Below are positions 12,089 to 24,243 of a stretch of DNA of 64,000 nt, piece by piece. Position numbers and translations under genes: made by a program. This DNA comes from Azolla caroliniana (Eukaryota; Plantae; Polypodiophyta): the NCBI GenBank assembly GCA_043228905.1, contig JBHGNT010000011.1, positions 14,446,001 through 14,510,000 of the forward strand, in the 5' to 3' direction. Below the pieces are notes generated by a model. It was not told the origin of the DNA and ran no database searches. It worked only from the letters and a program-made list of their open reading frames with translations. Each line of letters begins with the position of its first letter. Position 1 is the first letter of the stretch.

Positions 12089-15000
12089 TAAAGAGAACTG
12101 GACGTTCTTTATGCGCAAGACTCGGCCACAACCGAGATTCTTTTCATACACAGAAAATAGGTAATGAAACGCGACACAAAGAAGAGAAATGGTACACAGG
12201 AGGTTTACGTGGAAAACCCCAAACTAGGGGAAAAACCACGGCAGCCCATAGGCTGCAAACTGTCACTATGTATGAATGTACAAAACAGCGAGTTCACGGA
12301 GGCAATGATCTCGGACTCACGCTCTTCGCCACAGGCGGCGGTTACAACAGAGGCAACGACCTCTTTCTCTCTCTCTCTCTCTGTACAACGTTACGCACAC
12401 TAATCTCTTCTTCTTGCACCAACAAGAAATATGACAACAACAACTATTCCTAAAAGTTTGCCCTAAGTCATATTTATACTAATATGACTTTTTGGCTATT
12501 TACAAATGTAGCCTCGATAGGCTCTCAGAAACATATTTACGAATATGTCTCTTCATCCGGTTCATACCGGGCCTGCACCATCCGGCTCTCTGTAGCCGGG
12601 TACTCCTCATCCGGTTCATACCGGGCCTGCACCATCCGACTCTCCGTAGCCGGGTACTCCTCATCCGGTTCATACCGGGCCTGCACCATCCGGCTCTCCG
12701 TACCCGGGTACTCCTCATCCGGTTGATACTCGGCCTATCGGCATCGGCCGAGTTCGTTCATCGGCACTGGTCTTCTCCCTTCCCATCCGGAGGGACTTAT
12801 TTCCCAACAAACTCCCCCTTCACTCCGGCATGGGGTGTTTTACCAGCCCGATCCTCTTCCGGCATGCGTCCTGCTTGTCGGGTGTCAGCACTTTGGTCAA
12901 CATATCTGACCCATTCTCGGTCGTGTGGATCTTCGTCAATGCGAACTCCTGGTCATCTACTCTTTCCCGGATCCAGTGATACCTCCACTGGATATGCTTC
13001 GTCCGGGAATGGTAGGCCGCATTCTTAGCAAGGTGGATGGCACTTTGACTGTCGCAGTAGAGTCGGTATTCCTCTTGCCGGATACCGAGCTCTCCGATGA
13101 AGTCCTTCATCCATAATATCTCCTTGCCGGCTTCAACAGCCGCCATGTACTCCGCCTTTGTGGTTGACAATGCAACCGTCTTCTGCAGCCTCAACTGCCA
13201 CGAAACAGCTCCCCCTGCATATGTTATCACATACCCGGATGTAGACCGGCTGGTATCCACATAAGCCGACATGTCCGAAGCAGTGAAACCGTCCAGTTGA
13301 GGTTTTCTGGAGCCGAATCGGAGACACATATTTGAAGTGCCCTTCAAATACCGGAGTATCCACTTGACCGCGTTCTAGTGCTCCTTGCCTGGATTGCTCA
13401 GAAACCGGCTCACCACTCCGACTGCGTATCCTATATCCGGTCGGGTACACACCATTGCGTACATCAAGCTGCCGACGGCAGAGGCATATGGGATCTTCAT
13501 CATTTCCGCCTTCTCTGCCTTCGTCTTCGGGCTTTGTTTGCTGGATAGCCTGCAGTTTGCTGGAAGTGTCGATCCGACCGGTTTCGCATTTGACATGTTG
13601 AACTGGTGAAGCACCTTTGTCACATACTTCTCCTGTGACAGCCATAGTTGCTTCTTTAACCGGTCCCGAATGATGTGCATCCCCAACATCTGTCTTGCCG
13701 GACCCAAGTCTTTCATTGAGAAGGTCCGATTGAGAGCCTTCTTCAACATCCGTATTTTGACTTGGTCACGTCCGATGATCAACATGTCATCCACGTATAG
13801 GAGGAGTATTCGGAAGTCCCCTCCTTCGAACTTCTTCACAAACACACAGTGATCGGCCTGCGTCTTGTGGTACCCTTGATCGGTCATGAAGGAGTCGAAC
13901 TTCCGGTACCATTGCCGGGGAGCCTGCTTCAGTCCGTACAGGCTCTTCTTCAACCGGCATACCAGGTGCTCCTTCCCTTTCTCCACAAATCCTTCCGGTT
14001 GCTGCATGTAGATCTCCTCTTCGAGGTCGCCGTGAAGGAATGCCGTCTTCACGTCCAGCTGCTCTACCTCGAGGTCCATGCTTGCTGCTATACTCAGCAC
14101 CGTCCGGATGGAGGTCATCTTTACTACCGGGGCAAATATCTCGTCGAAATCCACGCCCTTCTTTTGCTGGAACCCCTTCACCACGATCCTGGCTTTGTAT
14201 CTCGGGGGGTTGCCGGCATCTCCCGGTTTCAACTTGTACACCCACTTGTTTCGCAGTGCCCGCTTTCCTTTCGGCAACTCCACCAATTTGTATGTATGGT
14301 TCTCATGCAGGGAATCCATCTCGTCCTGCATGGCACTTAACCATTTTCGGCTGTGGGTGTCCTCCTTCGCTTCTTCGAAGCTTTCCGGCTCCCCCTTATC
14401 GGTCAGCAGAACATGCTTTGCATCCGGAAATCTCCGGGGGGGCCTTCTCTCTCGGAGAGGATATCTTCGTCTTCGGGCTTCGGTATCCGGCTCCTCCATT
14501 TGCTCTTCATCCGAATCCAATTCGGGGTCTTGGCCGGTTCTAGTTTCAGCTTCCTCTACTTCTTCTTCTACTGGTTCGGTATCCTCACCGTAACCGGCTG
14601 GTTCCTCGAGTGCTAACCGGTCTCTTGCCTGTTGGGTCTGCTCATCGTAGAGTCGATCCTTACCGGTCGACTCGGAGTTCATTATCTTCTTCTCCGACTC
14701 CCAGTCGGCAAGCTTCTTGTCCTCCATAAAGATAATATCTCGACTCCGGAATACCTTCTTGGTGACCGGGTCCCACACTCGGTAGCCGAACTCATCGTCA
14801 CCGTAACCGAGGAATATGCATGGCCGGGTCTTTGGATCTAACTTTCCTCTCCGGTCCTTTGCTACATGCACGTACGCGAGACACCCGAACACCCTCAGAT
14901 GCCGGTAGGACACTTCCTTACCGGTCCATACTCTCTGTGGCGTGTCTCCATCCAAGGGTACTGAGGGTGATCTGTTTATCATGTATGTCGCCGTCAATAG

Positions 15001-17508
15001 TGCCTCAGCCCAAAACTTCTTGGGTAGTTTTGCATGTGCTAGCATACTCTGGACCCTGTCCATTATGGTCCGGTTCATCCTCTCGGCCAGTCCGTTTAGT
15101 TCCGGCGTCTTCGGCATGGTAAATTCGAGCCGGATTCCCTTCGAGCGGCAGTACTCCTCGAATTGCCCCCGGTATTCTCCTCCGTTGTCTGCTCGAACCG
15201 CCTTCAGCTTCCGGCCGGTTTCTCTTTCCACTCTCGCGTGGAGCTCTTTGAAGACGGATAGCACCTGATCCTTCGTCTTTAGTGGTGTGGCCCACAGCTT
15301 CCGGGTGTGGTCATCTATGAACGTCACGAAGTACTACGCTCCGGCATGTGACTTCGTGTCTACTTGACACACATCCGTATGCACCAGCTCCAGTGGTGCA
15401 TTACGTCTCATCGGTCGCCTTGGTTGGAAGGAGGTCCGGTTCTGCTTACCGGCCAGATAATCAGTGCACTTCTGTAAGTGCACGTTCTTCACCGCAATGA
15501 GGTTGTCGTCTGCAAGCCTCTTCATCCCCTTCTCGCTCATATGACACAGTCTCTTGTGCCACAGCTCACCGGCAGTGTCAGATGCCACGTTCACTTCTTC
15601 CGGACATAACCGGGCATTCATCAGGTACAATGTGTTTACCTTCCGGGCCCGAGCCACAATCAGGCTCCCTTTGCTAAACTTCATGACACCATTCTGGATG
15701 CTACCCGTGTAGCCTTCATAATCTAGCCGACCGGCTGATATCAGGTTCAGACGAACTTCCGAAACGTGTCGGACATCCTTCAGCAGCAACTTGCATCCGG
15801 TTGGTGTTGTCAGCCACACGTCTCCTATGCCGACAATTCGGCATGTACCTTCATTCGCCATCCGGACACAGCCGTGATCACCGGTTGAGTAGGATGAGAA
15901 GCATTTCCGGTCCGGGGTAAGGTGGAACGACTCTCTGGAGTCTACCACCCAGGTCATCTCGTCGTCGGCAAGGTTTATCTCAGTCTCCTCGGTGATGAGC
16001 ATCAACTCTTTTTCACTTGCTGCGATTGCCATCGTTCCCTTCTGGTCCGTCCCCTTCCGGTCTTTACCGTTCCGGTCCGGGGTTCGCTTCGAATCGGTAC
16101 CGTCGGTTTCCTTGTCTTTACGGAAATGCAGACAGTTCTTTTGGAAGTGTCCCGGCTTGCCGCAATAGAAGCAAGTAGGTCTCCCCCTTGACTTTGACCG
16201 TGTCCCCTACTTCTCCCGGTTCTGGGGACTACGGTTTCTATGTCTTCCGCGTTCCGTTTCGGTAAGGAGCGCTTTGGAGTCGGAGCTCGTATCTTTGTCT
16301 TTCCGACGCGCCTCCTCATCTAGCAAGCTCGACTTTACTCTTGCTAGGGATAACCGTTTTCCTTCCGGCCCGGCGTTGCCCAAAGTGACAACCAACGTCT
16401 CCCAGCTATCCGGGAGGGAACCGAGCAGGAGTAGCGCTAATACCTCATCGGCAAGAGGTACTTCCAATGACATTGCCTGGTGTATCAGCCCCTAGAAGGG
16501 ATTCATATGCTCCGCCATGCTGGAGCCATCTTGGTACCGGAGTCTTACTAGCTTCCGGAATACCGAAACCTGATTGACAACATTTTTGTTCTTCTCCCAG
16601 AGCTCATGAGCCTTGCTCTCTTCATTGAAGTTGTTGTATAGGCTCATGTCGATGAAGCACCGTACGTACGTCGTTGTCTTCATGTGCATCACCTCCCATA
16701 TCGCGGCGTCGATTTTGTCCGGTCTCTTGTCCCCGAACTGAACCGGCAGCCAGAGGTCTTTAACCACGAGCATGTCCCTCATCTTCGACTTCCACACTGA
16801 ATAGTTGGAGCCGGTGAGCTTGAACATGCCGCCAAGCGATTAGTCCATTTTCTGTGTCGATTTCGCTCTGATACCACTTGAAGAGAACTGGACGTTCTTT
16901 ATGCGCAAGACTCGGCCACAACCGAGATTCTTTTCATACACAGAAAACAGGTAATGAAACGCGACACAAAGAAGAGAAATGGTACACAGGAGGTTTACGT
17001 GGAAAACCCCAAACTAGGGGAAAAACCACGGCAGCCCATAGGCTGCAAACTGTCACTATGTATGAATGTACAAAACAACGAGTTCACGGAGGCAATGACC
17101 TCGGACTCACGCTCTTCGCCACAGGCGGCGGTTACAACAGAGGCAACGACCTCTTTCTCTCTCTCTCTCTCTGTACAACGTTACGCACACTAATCTCTTC
17201 TTCTTGCACCAACAAGAAATATGACAACAACAACTATTCCTAAAAGTTTGCCCTAAGTCATATTTATACTAATATGACTTTTCGGCTATTTACAAATGTG
17301 GCCTCGATAGGCTCTCAGAAACATATTTACGAATATGTCTCTTCATCCGGTTCATACCGGGCCTGCACCATCCGGCTCTCTGTAGCCGGGTACTCCTCAT
17401 CCAGTTCATACCGGGCCTGCACCATCCGGCTCTCCGTAGCCGGGTACTCCTCATCCGGTTCATACCGGGCCTGCACCATCCGGCTCTCCGTAGCCGGGTA
17501 CTCCTCAT
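12089..17508 (-). mobile_element. Copia family A element, inner copy nested in gag of the outer copy
   Basis: 3' LTR 12089-12809 (721 bp); 5' LTR 16879-17508 lacks the first 91 bp; Met PBS 16865-16876; PPT 12810-12819; 28-bp flanking direct repeat. Confidence 0.92.
12820..16847 (-). pseudogene. gag-pol of inner family A element with several stops and frameshifts
   Basis: ORF pieces 16492..16827, 16207..16473, 15334..16032, 13375..15327 (IN-RT) and 12820..13347 (RNase H). Confidence 0.92.
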
Positions 17509-18147
17509 ACTACGGTTTCTATGTCTTCCGCGTTCCGATTCGGTAAGGAGCACTTTGGAGTCGGAGCTCGTATCTTTATCTTTCCGACGCGCCTCCTCAT
17601 CTAGCAAGGTCGACTTTACTCTTGCTAGGGATAACCATTTTCCTTCCGGCCCAGCGTTGCCCAAAGTGACAACCAACGTCTCCCAGCTATCCGGGAGGGA
17701 ACCGAGCAGGAGTAGCGCTAGTACCTTATCGGCGAGAGATACTTCCTATGACGTTGCCTGGTGTATCAGCCCCTGGAAGGCATTCATGTGCTCCGCCATG
17801 CTGGAGCCATCTTGGTACCGGAGTCTTACTAGCTTCCGGAATACCGAAACTTGATTAACAACATTTTTGTTTTGGAACATAATACCGATCTTCTCCCAGA
17901 GCTCGTGAGCCTTGCTCTCTTCATTGAAGTTGTTGTACAGGCTCACGTCGATGAAGCACCGTATGTACGCCGTTGTCTTCATGTGCATCACCTCCCATAT
18001 CGCGGCGTCGATTTTGTCCGGTCTCTTGTCCCCGAACTGAACCGGCAGCCAGAGGTCTTTAACCACGAGCATGTCCCTCATCTTCGACTTCCACACTGAA
18101 TAGTTGGAGCCGGTGAGCTTGAACATGCCACCAAACGATTCGTCCAT
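17509..18147 (-). pseudogene. gag N-terminus of outer family A element
   Basis: MDESFGGMFKLTGSNYSVWKSKM, LPDSWETLVVTL; continues into 12086 across the nested copy. Confidence 0.9.
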
Positions 18148-19366
18148 TTTCTATGTCGTTTTGCTCTGATACCACTTGACGAGAACTCAACGCTCCCCTA
18201 TACGCAACGCTCGGCCAGAACCAAGCTTAGATTCATGCATAGAAAACGGGAAATGAAAGCACGACACAAAGAGGAGAAGAGTACACAGGATGTTTACGTG
18301 GAAAACCCAAAGAGGGAAAAAAACCACGGCAACCCACAGGTTGCAAACTATCACTATGCTAGAATGTACAACAGTGAGTTCACGGAGGAAACGACCTCAT
18401 GCTCACGATCCTCGCCACAGGCGGCGGTTACAACAGAGGCAACGACCTCTTGCTCTCTCTCTCTCTGTACACAGTTATGCGCTCACTCTATTCTTGCACC
18501 AACAAGAATAACAACAACAACAACAGCCATTAAAAAAAAGTTTGCCCTAAGTCATATTTATACTAATATGACTTTTCGGCTATTTACAAATATAGCCACG
18601 ATGGACTCTCAGAAACATATTTACAAATATGTCTCTTCATCCGGAGAGCACTCCTCACCGGGCCTACATCATCCGGATCTTGCCGGGTACTCCTCATCCG
18701 GTTCTTCACCAGGTCTGTACCATTCGGCTCTCCGTAGCCGGGTACTCCTCATCCGGTTTCGGCCTCAGCCTATCGGCCTCGGCCGAGTTTGCTTATCAGC
18801 ACTGTTCTTCTCCCTTCCCATCCGGAGGGACCTGTCTCCCAACAACCTAGTCACCTTCCAACCATAATCCGATGGATCCCACTGCAGATAAGCAATTGAC
18901 CTAGAGCGTAAAACCCACATATGAGATGAGTACTTAGCAATTACTCTCACTAGCAGCAGCTTGGCAGAAGACATAATTGAAGACTCCTCCTCCACTAAAA
19001 TCAACCTACCATTATCCAGACCTTCATAAAAATAGAGGGTGCCATTTTGATGATATAAACAAGCTCCTATAAGTATATTCAATGTCGAAAACATACCATA
19101 CCAATTCTGAAAATGATCAAATTGCAAAGTTGGCAATGTTACCTGATACACCGTTGAGACTAGAGAGAGCATAATGTTTGCAAAAGTCTAGTCTTTTGGT
19201 CCTGCACTGAAGTCTGCAGAAAATTTGCCCAATCCGCAATTGTACGAGCTGGGCCACTATCCATTGCAGCCCAAGATTGTCGAATACATGTGTATAATGG
19301 ACGTATTCATACTATCCCGCTTTTGGCCATTTATGTAATTAGCATAAAGGGTAGTTGCCCTAAGTC

Positions 19367-19386
19367 GGTCACTATATATAGTGACC
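19367..19386. promoter_or_regulatory. Candidate TATA box inside a perfect 20-bp palindrome
   Basis: GGTCACTATATATAGTGACC, present in all four family B LTRs. Confidence 0.7.
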
Positions 19387-20226
19387 TTGCAACCTTTTTG
19401 TAAGGTTGGTTATTGTATTGTCTCTTTGTGAAATAAGAAAGTCTTTTGTGTCTCTCTCTCTCTCTCTCTCTCTGTGCACGACCTACAATCTGTCATACGC
19501 AGGTACTCAGAAGAAATCGAATGCTTCTTGATCTTCCGCACAGACGACTTCGTCTACAACATCTGGTATCAGAGCTTGCACAGCATTCGGTCCTTCAATC
19601 CGCTGTCGGCCGTCGTCACCGCCTGCACAGCATTCGGTTCTTCACTTCATCACGGCCTGCACAGTATTCGCGTCATTCGAAGAAAGAGAGAAGAAGAACA
19701 AAAACGAGGTTTGCACCTCATCGCGTTAGATCCTCTTGCTTGGAGTAAGCCATCAGGTTGTACTCTGTTCCTTGTGATCGTAACCGCTCGAGGTGAAATC
19801 CCCTTGTGCATCATTGACACGATCGTGCTCCATTCGGTTAAACGGCATCCGAAAAGGTCATTAAACGCTGCTCGCTGCTCGTTGTAACCACTCGGTGCAG
19901 ATCGGTCTCAAGACAACAACCCCAATTCGCGCTTCATCCGGCTGATCGACATTCGAGAGGATCAGTTGGATCTGTCTCTCTCGTCGCTGCAGCCACCCGA
20001 AGCAGAATCGGTCCAGATAATCTGTTTCAATAATCGGTATTCGGCAACATTCGGGAAGACCAGTCGGTTCTGTCCCTCAAGCTACCGAAGTCAATTCGAG
20101 CAAGTTCCGAAGCCGAACCGACTCGGGTTCAAATCCGACTAGAACGATATCGGGTGAGCCAACCGGCTGCACCCCAACAAGGTTCGTAGTCAACTCCGAA
20201 CCGAGCTTCGTCAACCGAAACCGAAT

Positions 20227-23200
20227 TTGATGGCATCAACATCCGGCTCGTCAGAAATGAGTCTACGAAAGTTCGATGGATCGAACTTCAACTTCTGGAA
20301 GGAGCAAATGCAGGACTATCTCATAGTCAAGGGGCAAATCGATCCCATCGAAAATGAAGAACCTCCAGAAGGATACAAACCAATTGAGTGGCAGAAGCTG
20401 GACAGAATTGTCCGCGCCACGATTCGGATGCACCTATCGGAATCGGTATACTTTACGGTGCAATCGTGTACGACAGCATTCGAACTGTGGAAAACACTGT
20501 CGGACACTTACGAAAAGAAGGTCGCCGCAACGAAGATGTTTCTGATCCGGCGCCTCTACAACTTGCGGATGAAAGAATCCGATTCGGTTCAAGCACACCT
20601 CAATGAGTACGAAAGCATAAGCTCCCAAATCTCGTCACAGGGGATGGCAATCGAGGATGAACTCAGAGCAATGATACTCATGAGCAGCCTTCCCTCATCA
20701 TGGGAAACTTTCGTCACAACCGTGTGCAACGCGTCAACCACAGCTGTTAAATACTCCGAAGTCACGAGCGCAATCCTGACCGAAGCAGCTCGGAGAAAGT
20801 CTTTCGCCAAAGACTCAACAGACGACGCTTACGTAGTGCAAGGTTCGACAGACCGATCGAACATACGAGGAAGAGATTCCTCACGGCCGCCGAACAATCA
20901 GCGAAGACGGAGCCAGTCACGGGATAACCGAATCTGCAACTATTGCAAGAAACCCGGACACATCAAAGCCGACTGCCGCGCACTCAAGAACAAGAACAAC
21001 AAGAAGAGTGGCCGGCATGAGGAGATCAATTACGTCAGCTTCTCAGCTGATGTACTACCGGACGACCCGAATATACTATCAATCGAAAATCCAGTCGGAT
21101 CAGAAGTTCTACTCACGACTGAAGAATCGAGCACATGGCTCTTAGATTCGGGCGCGTCATTTCACGTGACCCCTCATCGATCCCAATTTCGGCAATATAC
21201 GATCCGTCACTCCGACTCAGTTCGAGTCGGTAACTCGCAACACTGTGACATCATCGGAATCGGCACAGTAGAGCTCAACCTTGCAGGTGGCTCTACACTT
21301 GTACTCCACAATGTCCGACATGTACCCGAGCTCTCAAGGCCATTGATCTCAGTCGGACAACTAGATGAAGACGGCATTCGTGCCGGTTTTTCTTCGGGAG
21401 GGTGGACACTCCACAGGGGGAACCTCCTGCTTGCTAGAGGACCCAAGATACACTCCCTGTATCCGTTACATGTTACGCTCAGAGAGGGTAACCTGTTTTT
21501 GGTGGATATTCCTGTGTCATCACTATGGCACCGAAGATTAGGACACCTCAGCAAGGCCGGCATCACGCACCTATCTAGAGCCGGATACATCCCCAAACTC
21601 TCCTTCTCGGACCATCAATTCTGCGAGCATTGCCAGTATGGCAAACAAGCAGCCGCATCACACCCGACATCAGCACCCAGAGAAACGAGACCTCTTGATT
21701 TGGTCCACTCGGACGTCTGTGGCCCAATGCCGCATCAGTCTCTCGGCGGTGCCTCTTACTTCGTCACTTTTATTGACGATTCGACTCGAAAGGTGTGGGC
21801 TTATCCGATTCGCACCAAAGATCGGGTCTTCTCGATCTTCTCAGATTGGCTCGCTATGGTAGAAAATCAAACCGACCGAAAACTGAAATGCTTTCGGACC
21901 GACAATGGGGGAGAGTTCAAATCAGAAGAATTCGTCAAATTCTGCCGACAACGCGGCATCCGACGTGAATTTACGGCACCACACAGTCCGGAGCAAAACG
22001 GGATTGCCGAACGCATGAATCGGACAATCCAAGAACGGATAGTTTCCATGCTCCAACACTCCGGACTGTCGGATGGCTTCTGGGCAGAGGCTCTACTCTC
22101 GGCAGTTCACATAATCAATATGTCGCCAAGTAGACCTCTAGGACTTCAAATTCCTCAGGAACTATGGATCGGCAGTAAGCCGAATTACGACAAGCTGAGG
22201 ATCTTCGGATGCGAGGCGTACGCCCTTATTCCGAAAGATGATCGCCGAAAACTTGCACCTCGGTCCAGGAAATGCATTTTCCTTGGATATGGATCCGACG
22301 GCGAAATGGGATACCGACTCTGGGACCCCGAACGCAGGCAAATCGTTCGAAGTTCGGACGTTGTGTTCAACGAGTCGGCTATGAATCCATCAGTCGAAAA
22401 ACCGATCGAAGTCCGAAGGGTAACGTTTTCCGATGTGCCGACCCTTCAAGAAGGCCCCTCTCTCAACACACGGTCAGCTTCACGGGTAGCTGAACCTTAC
22501 ATCACCGACTCGGACAACTCCGACTCGGCACAGCAGAACAATCCGCTTTCGGACCATCCGACTTCGATACCCGATGCGACCAGTCCAATCATACCTCGAC
22601 GATCCGAGAGACTGTCGCAACCTCCGGAGAGGTACTCTCCTGGAATTTTCTTCACCGACGCCGGCGAACCGACGTCTTACGAAGAAGCATCGACATCTGT
22701 CGATTCCGCCACCTGGCATCTGGCGATGGAGTCGGAAATGCACTCCATTCGGGCAAACAAGACTTGGGATCTGGTCGAATTACCTAGGAACCGACGTGCT
22801 CTTCCTTGCAAGTGGGTTTATCGACTAAAAGAGACGTCTGATTCGACCACCCCAAAGTACAAGGCCAGATTAGTTGCGAAGGGCTTCCGACAAGAATATG
22901 GCGTCGACTTCGACGAGATTTTTTCACCAGTGGTGAAAATGACAACCCTTCGTTTTCTGCTCGGCGTCGTGGCAGCCGACAACTTGGAGCTGATTCAGCT
23001 AGATGTCAAAACAGCATTCCTCCATGGTGATCTTGACGAGGAAATTTATATGGAGCAGCCAAAAGGCTTCGTTGCTACTGGCCAAGAACATCTAGTCTGC
23101 CGACTCAGGAAGAGTCTATACGGCCTCAAACAGGCACCACGACAATGGTACAAGAAGTTCGACGACTTCATCCAATCGATCGGCTTCTCAAAAAGCGATG

Positions 23201-24243
23201 AGGACCATTGTCTCTTCACCAACACAGCTCGAGATGGATCACCCATCTTCCTCATCATCTACGTGGACGACATGCTCATTTCTGGACGCCACGCGGGCGA
23301 ACTTGCCGATCTCGTTCGGCAACTGCGGTTGAAGTTTGCCATGAAGGACCTCGGTCCGGCACGACACATCCTTGGCATGAAAATTAGTCGGCATCGCGAT
23401 AAACGACATCTTTTTTTGTCTCAGACCGACTATATCGGACGTGTCTTGGAACGCTTCAACATGCAATCAGCCAAAACTGCTTCAACCCCGCTCCCCATGA
23501 ATCTTCGGCTCTCTCAGCGAGACTGCCCGACGTCCGGTTCGGAGGGGGAAGATATGAAGTCGGTACCGTATGCACCGGCAGTCGGCTCCCTTATGTACCT
23601 GATGGTCGCGACACGGCCTGATATTTCTCACGCCGTAGGAGTCATTAGCAGATTTATGCACAATCCTGGCCGATCGCATTGGAACGCAGTCAAGCATGTG
23701 TTCAGATATTTGGCTGGCACAAAAGATCACGGCATTCTTTTCGGTCCGAACCGAACCTCAGGCGTAGTCGGTTACACCGACTCGGACTTCGCCGGCTGTA
23801 TAGACAGTCGGAAATCAACAACCGGATACTGCTTCAAATTCGGCAATGGAGCAATCTCGTGGAAGTCGAAACTTCAGGAGTGCACAGCGACCTCAACGAC
23901 CGAAGCAGAATATGTAGCTGCGTCCGACGCAGCAAAAGAAGCTTTGTGGCTCGGTCGGCTGGCGCACACGTTTCGACAAGTCGATCATGACTCGGCTCCA
24001 GTTGTCTACAGCGACAGTCAAGGTGTTGTTGCCCTGTCGAAAAACCCGGTTCACCACAACGCCTCCAAACATATCGACGTTCGATATCACTTCGTTCGGG
24101 ACTACGTCATTTCAGGGAAAATCGGTCTAGAGAAAATATCCACAACCGACAATGTCGCAGATGGAATGACCAAGTGTCTTTCGGCAGACCGTTTTCGGTC
24201 TCTTCGGCATCAGATGGGCGTAACGACAAACCAGTCCGGTTAG
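20227..24243 (+). CDS. Copia Gag-Pol polyprotein (1338 aa), uninterrupted
   Basis: CNYCKKPGHIKADC, WLLDSGAS, LWHRRLGH..CEHC, VHSDVCGP/RTDNGGEF/IAERMNRT, IYVDDML, YTDSDFAG, STTEAEY. Confidence 0.97.
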   Translation: MMASTSGSSEMSLRKFDGSNFNFWKEQMQDYLIVKGQIDPIENEEPPEGYKPIEWQKLDRIVRATIRMHLSESVYFTVQSCTTAFELWKTLSDTYEKKVAATKMFLIRRLYNLRMKESDSVQAHLNEYESISSQISSQGMAIEDELRAMILMSSLPSSWETFVTTVCNASTTAVKYSEVTSAILTEAARRKSFAKDSTDDAYVVQGSTDRSNIRGRDSSRPPNNQRRRSQSRDNRICNYCKKPGHIKADCRALKNKNNKKSGRHEEINYVSFSADVLPDDPNILSIENPVGSEVLLTTEESSTWLLDSGASFHVTPHRSQFRQYTIRHSDSVRVGNSQHCDIIGIGTVELNLAGGSTLVLHNVRHVPELSRPLISVGQLDEDGIRAGFSSGGWTLHRGNLLLARGPKIHSLYPLHVTLREGNLFLVDIPVSSLWHRRLGHLSKAGITHLSRAGYIPKLSFSDHQFCEHCQYGKQAAASHPTSAPRETRPLDLVHSDVCGPMPHQSLGGASYFVTFIDDSTRKVWAYPIRTKDRVFSIFSDWLAMVENQTDRKLKCFRTDNGGEFKSEEFVKFCRQRGIRREFTAPHSPEQNGIAERMNRTIQERIVSMLQHSGLSDGFWAEALLSAVHIINMSPSRPLGLQIPQELWIGSKPNYDKLRIFGCEAYALIPKDDRRKLAPRSRKCIFLGYGSDGEMGYRLWDPERRQIVRSSDVVFNESAMNPSVEKPIEVRRVTFSDVPTLQEGPSLNTRSASRVAEPYITDSDNSDSAQQNNPLSDHPTSIPDATSPIIPRRSERLSQPPERYSPGIFFTDAGEPTSYEEASTSVDSATWHLAMESEMHSIRANKTWDLVELPRNRRALPCKWVYRLKETSDSTTPKYKARLVAKGFRQEYGVDFDEIFSPVVKMTTLRFLLGVVAADNLELIQLDVKTAFLHGDLDEEIYMEQPKGFVATGQEHLVCRLRKSLYGLKQAPRQWYKKFDDFIQSIGFSKSDEDHCLFTNTARDGSPIFLIIYVDDMLISGRHAGELADLVRQLRLKFAMKDLGPARHILGMKISRHRDKRHLFLSQTDYIGRVLERFNMQSAKTASTPLPMNLRLSQRDCPTSGSEGEDMKSVPYAPAVGSLMYLMVATRPDISHAVGVISRFMHNPGRSHWNAVKHVFRYLAGTKDHGILFGPNRTSGVVGYTDSDFAGCIDSRKSTTGYCFKFGNGAISWKSKLQECTATSTTEAEYVAASDAAKEALWLGRLAHTFRQVDHDSAPVVYSDSQGVVALSKNPVHHNASKHIDVRYHFVRDYVISGKIGLEKISTTDNVADGMTKCLSADRFRSLRHQMGVTTNQSG

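Larger units (their letters stand above)
8675..18844 (-). mobile_element. Copia family A element, outer copy (defective)
   Basis: 5' LTR 18177-18844, 3' LTR 8675-9537, Met PBS 18163-18174, PPT 9538-9547; gag-PR-IN-RT-RH order; ~0.84-kb IN/RT deletion at ~10752; no perfect 5-bp TSD. Confidence 0.92.
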
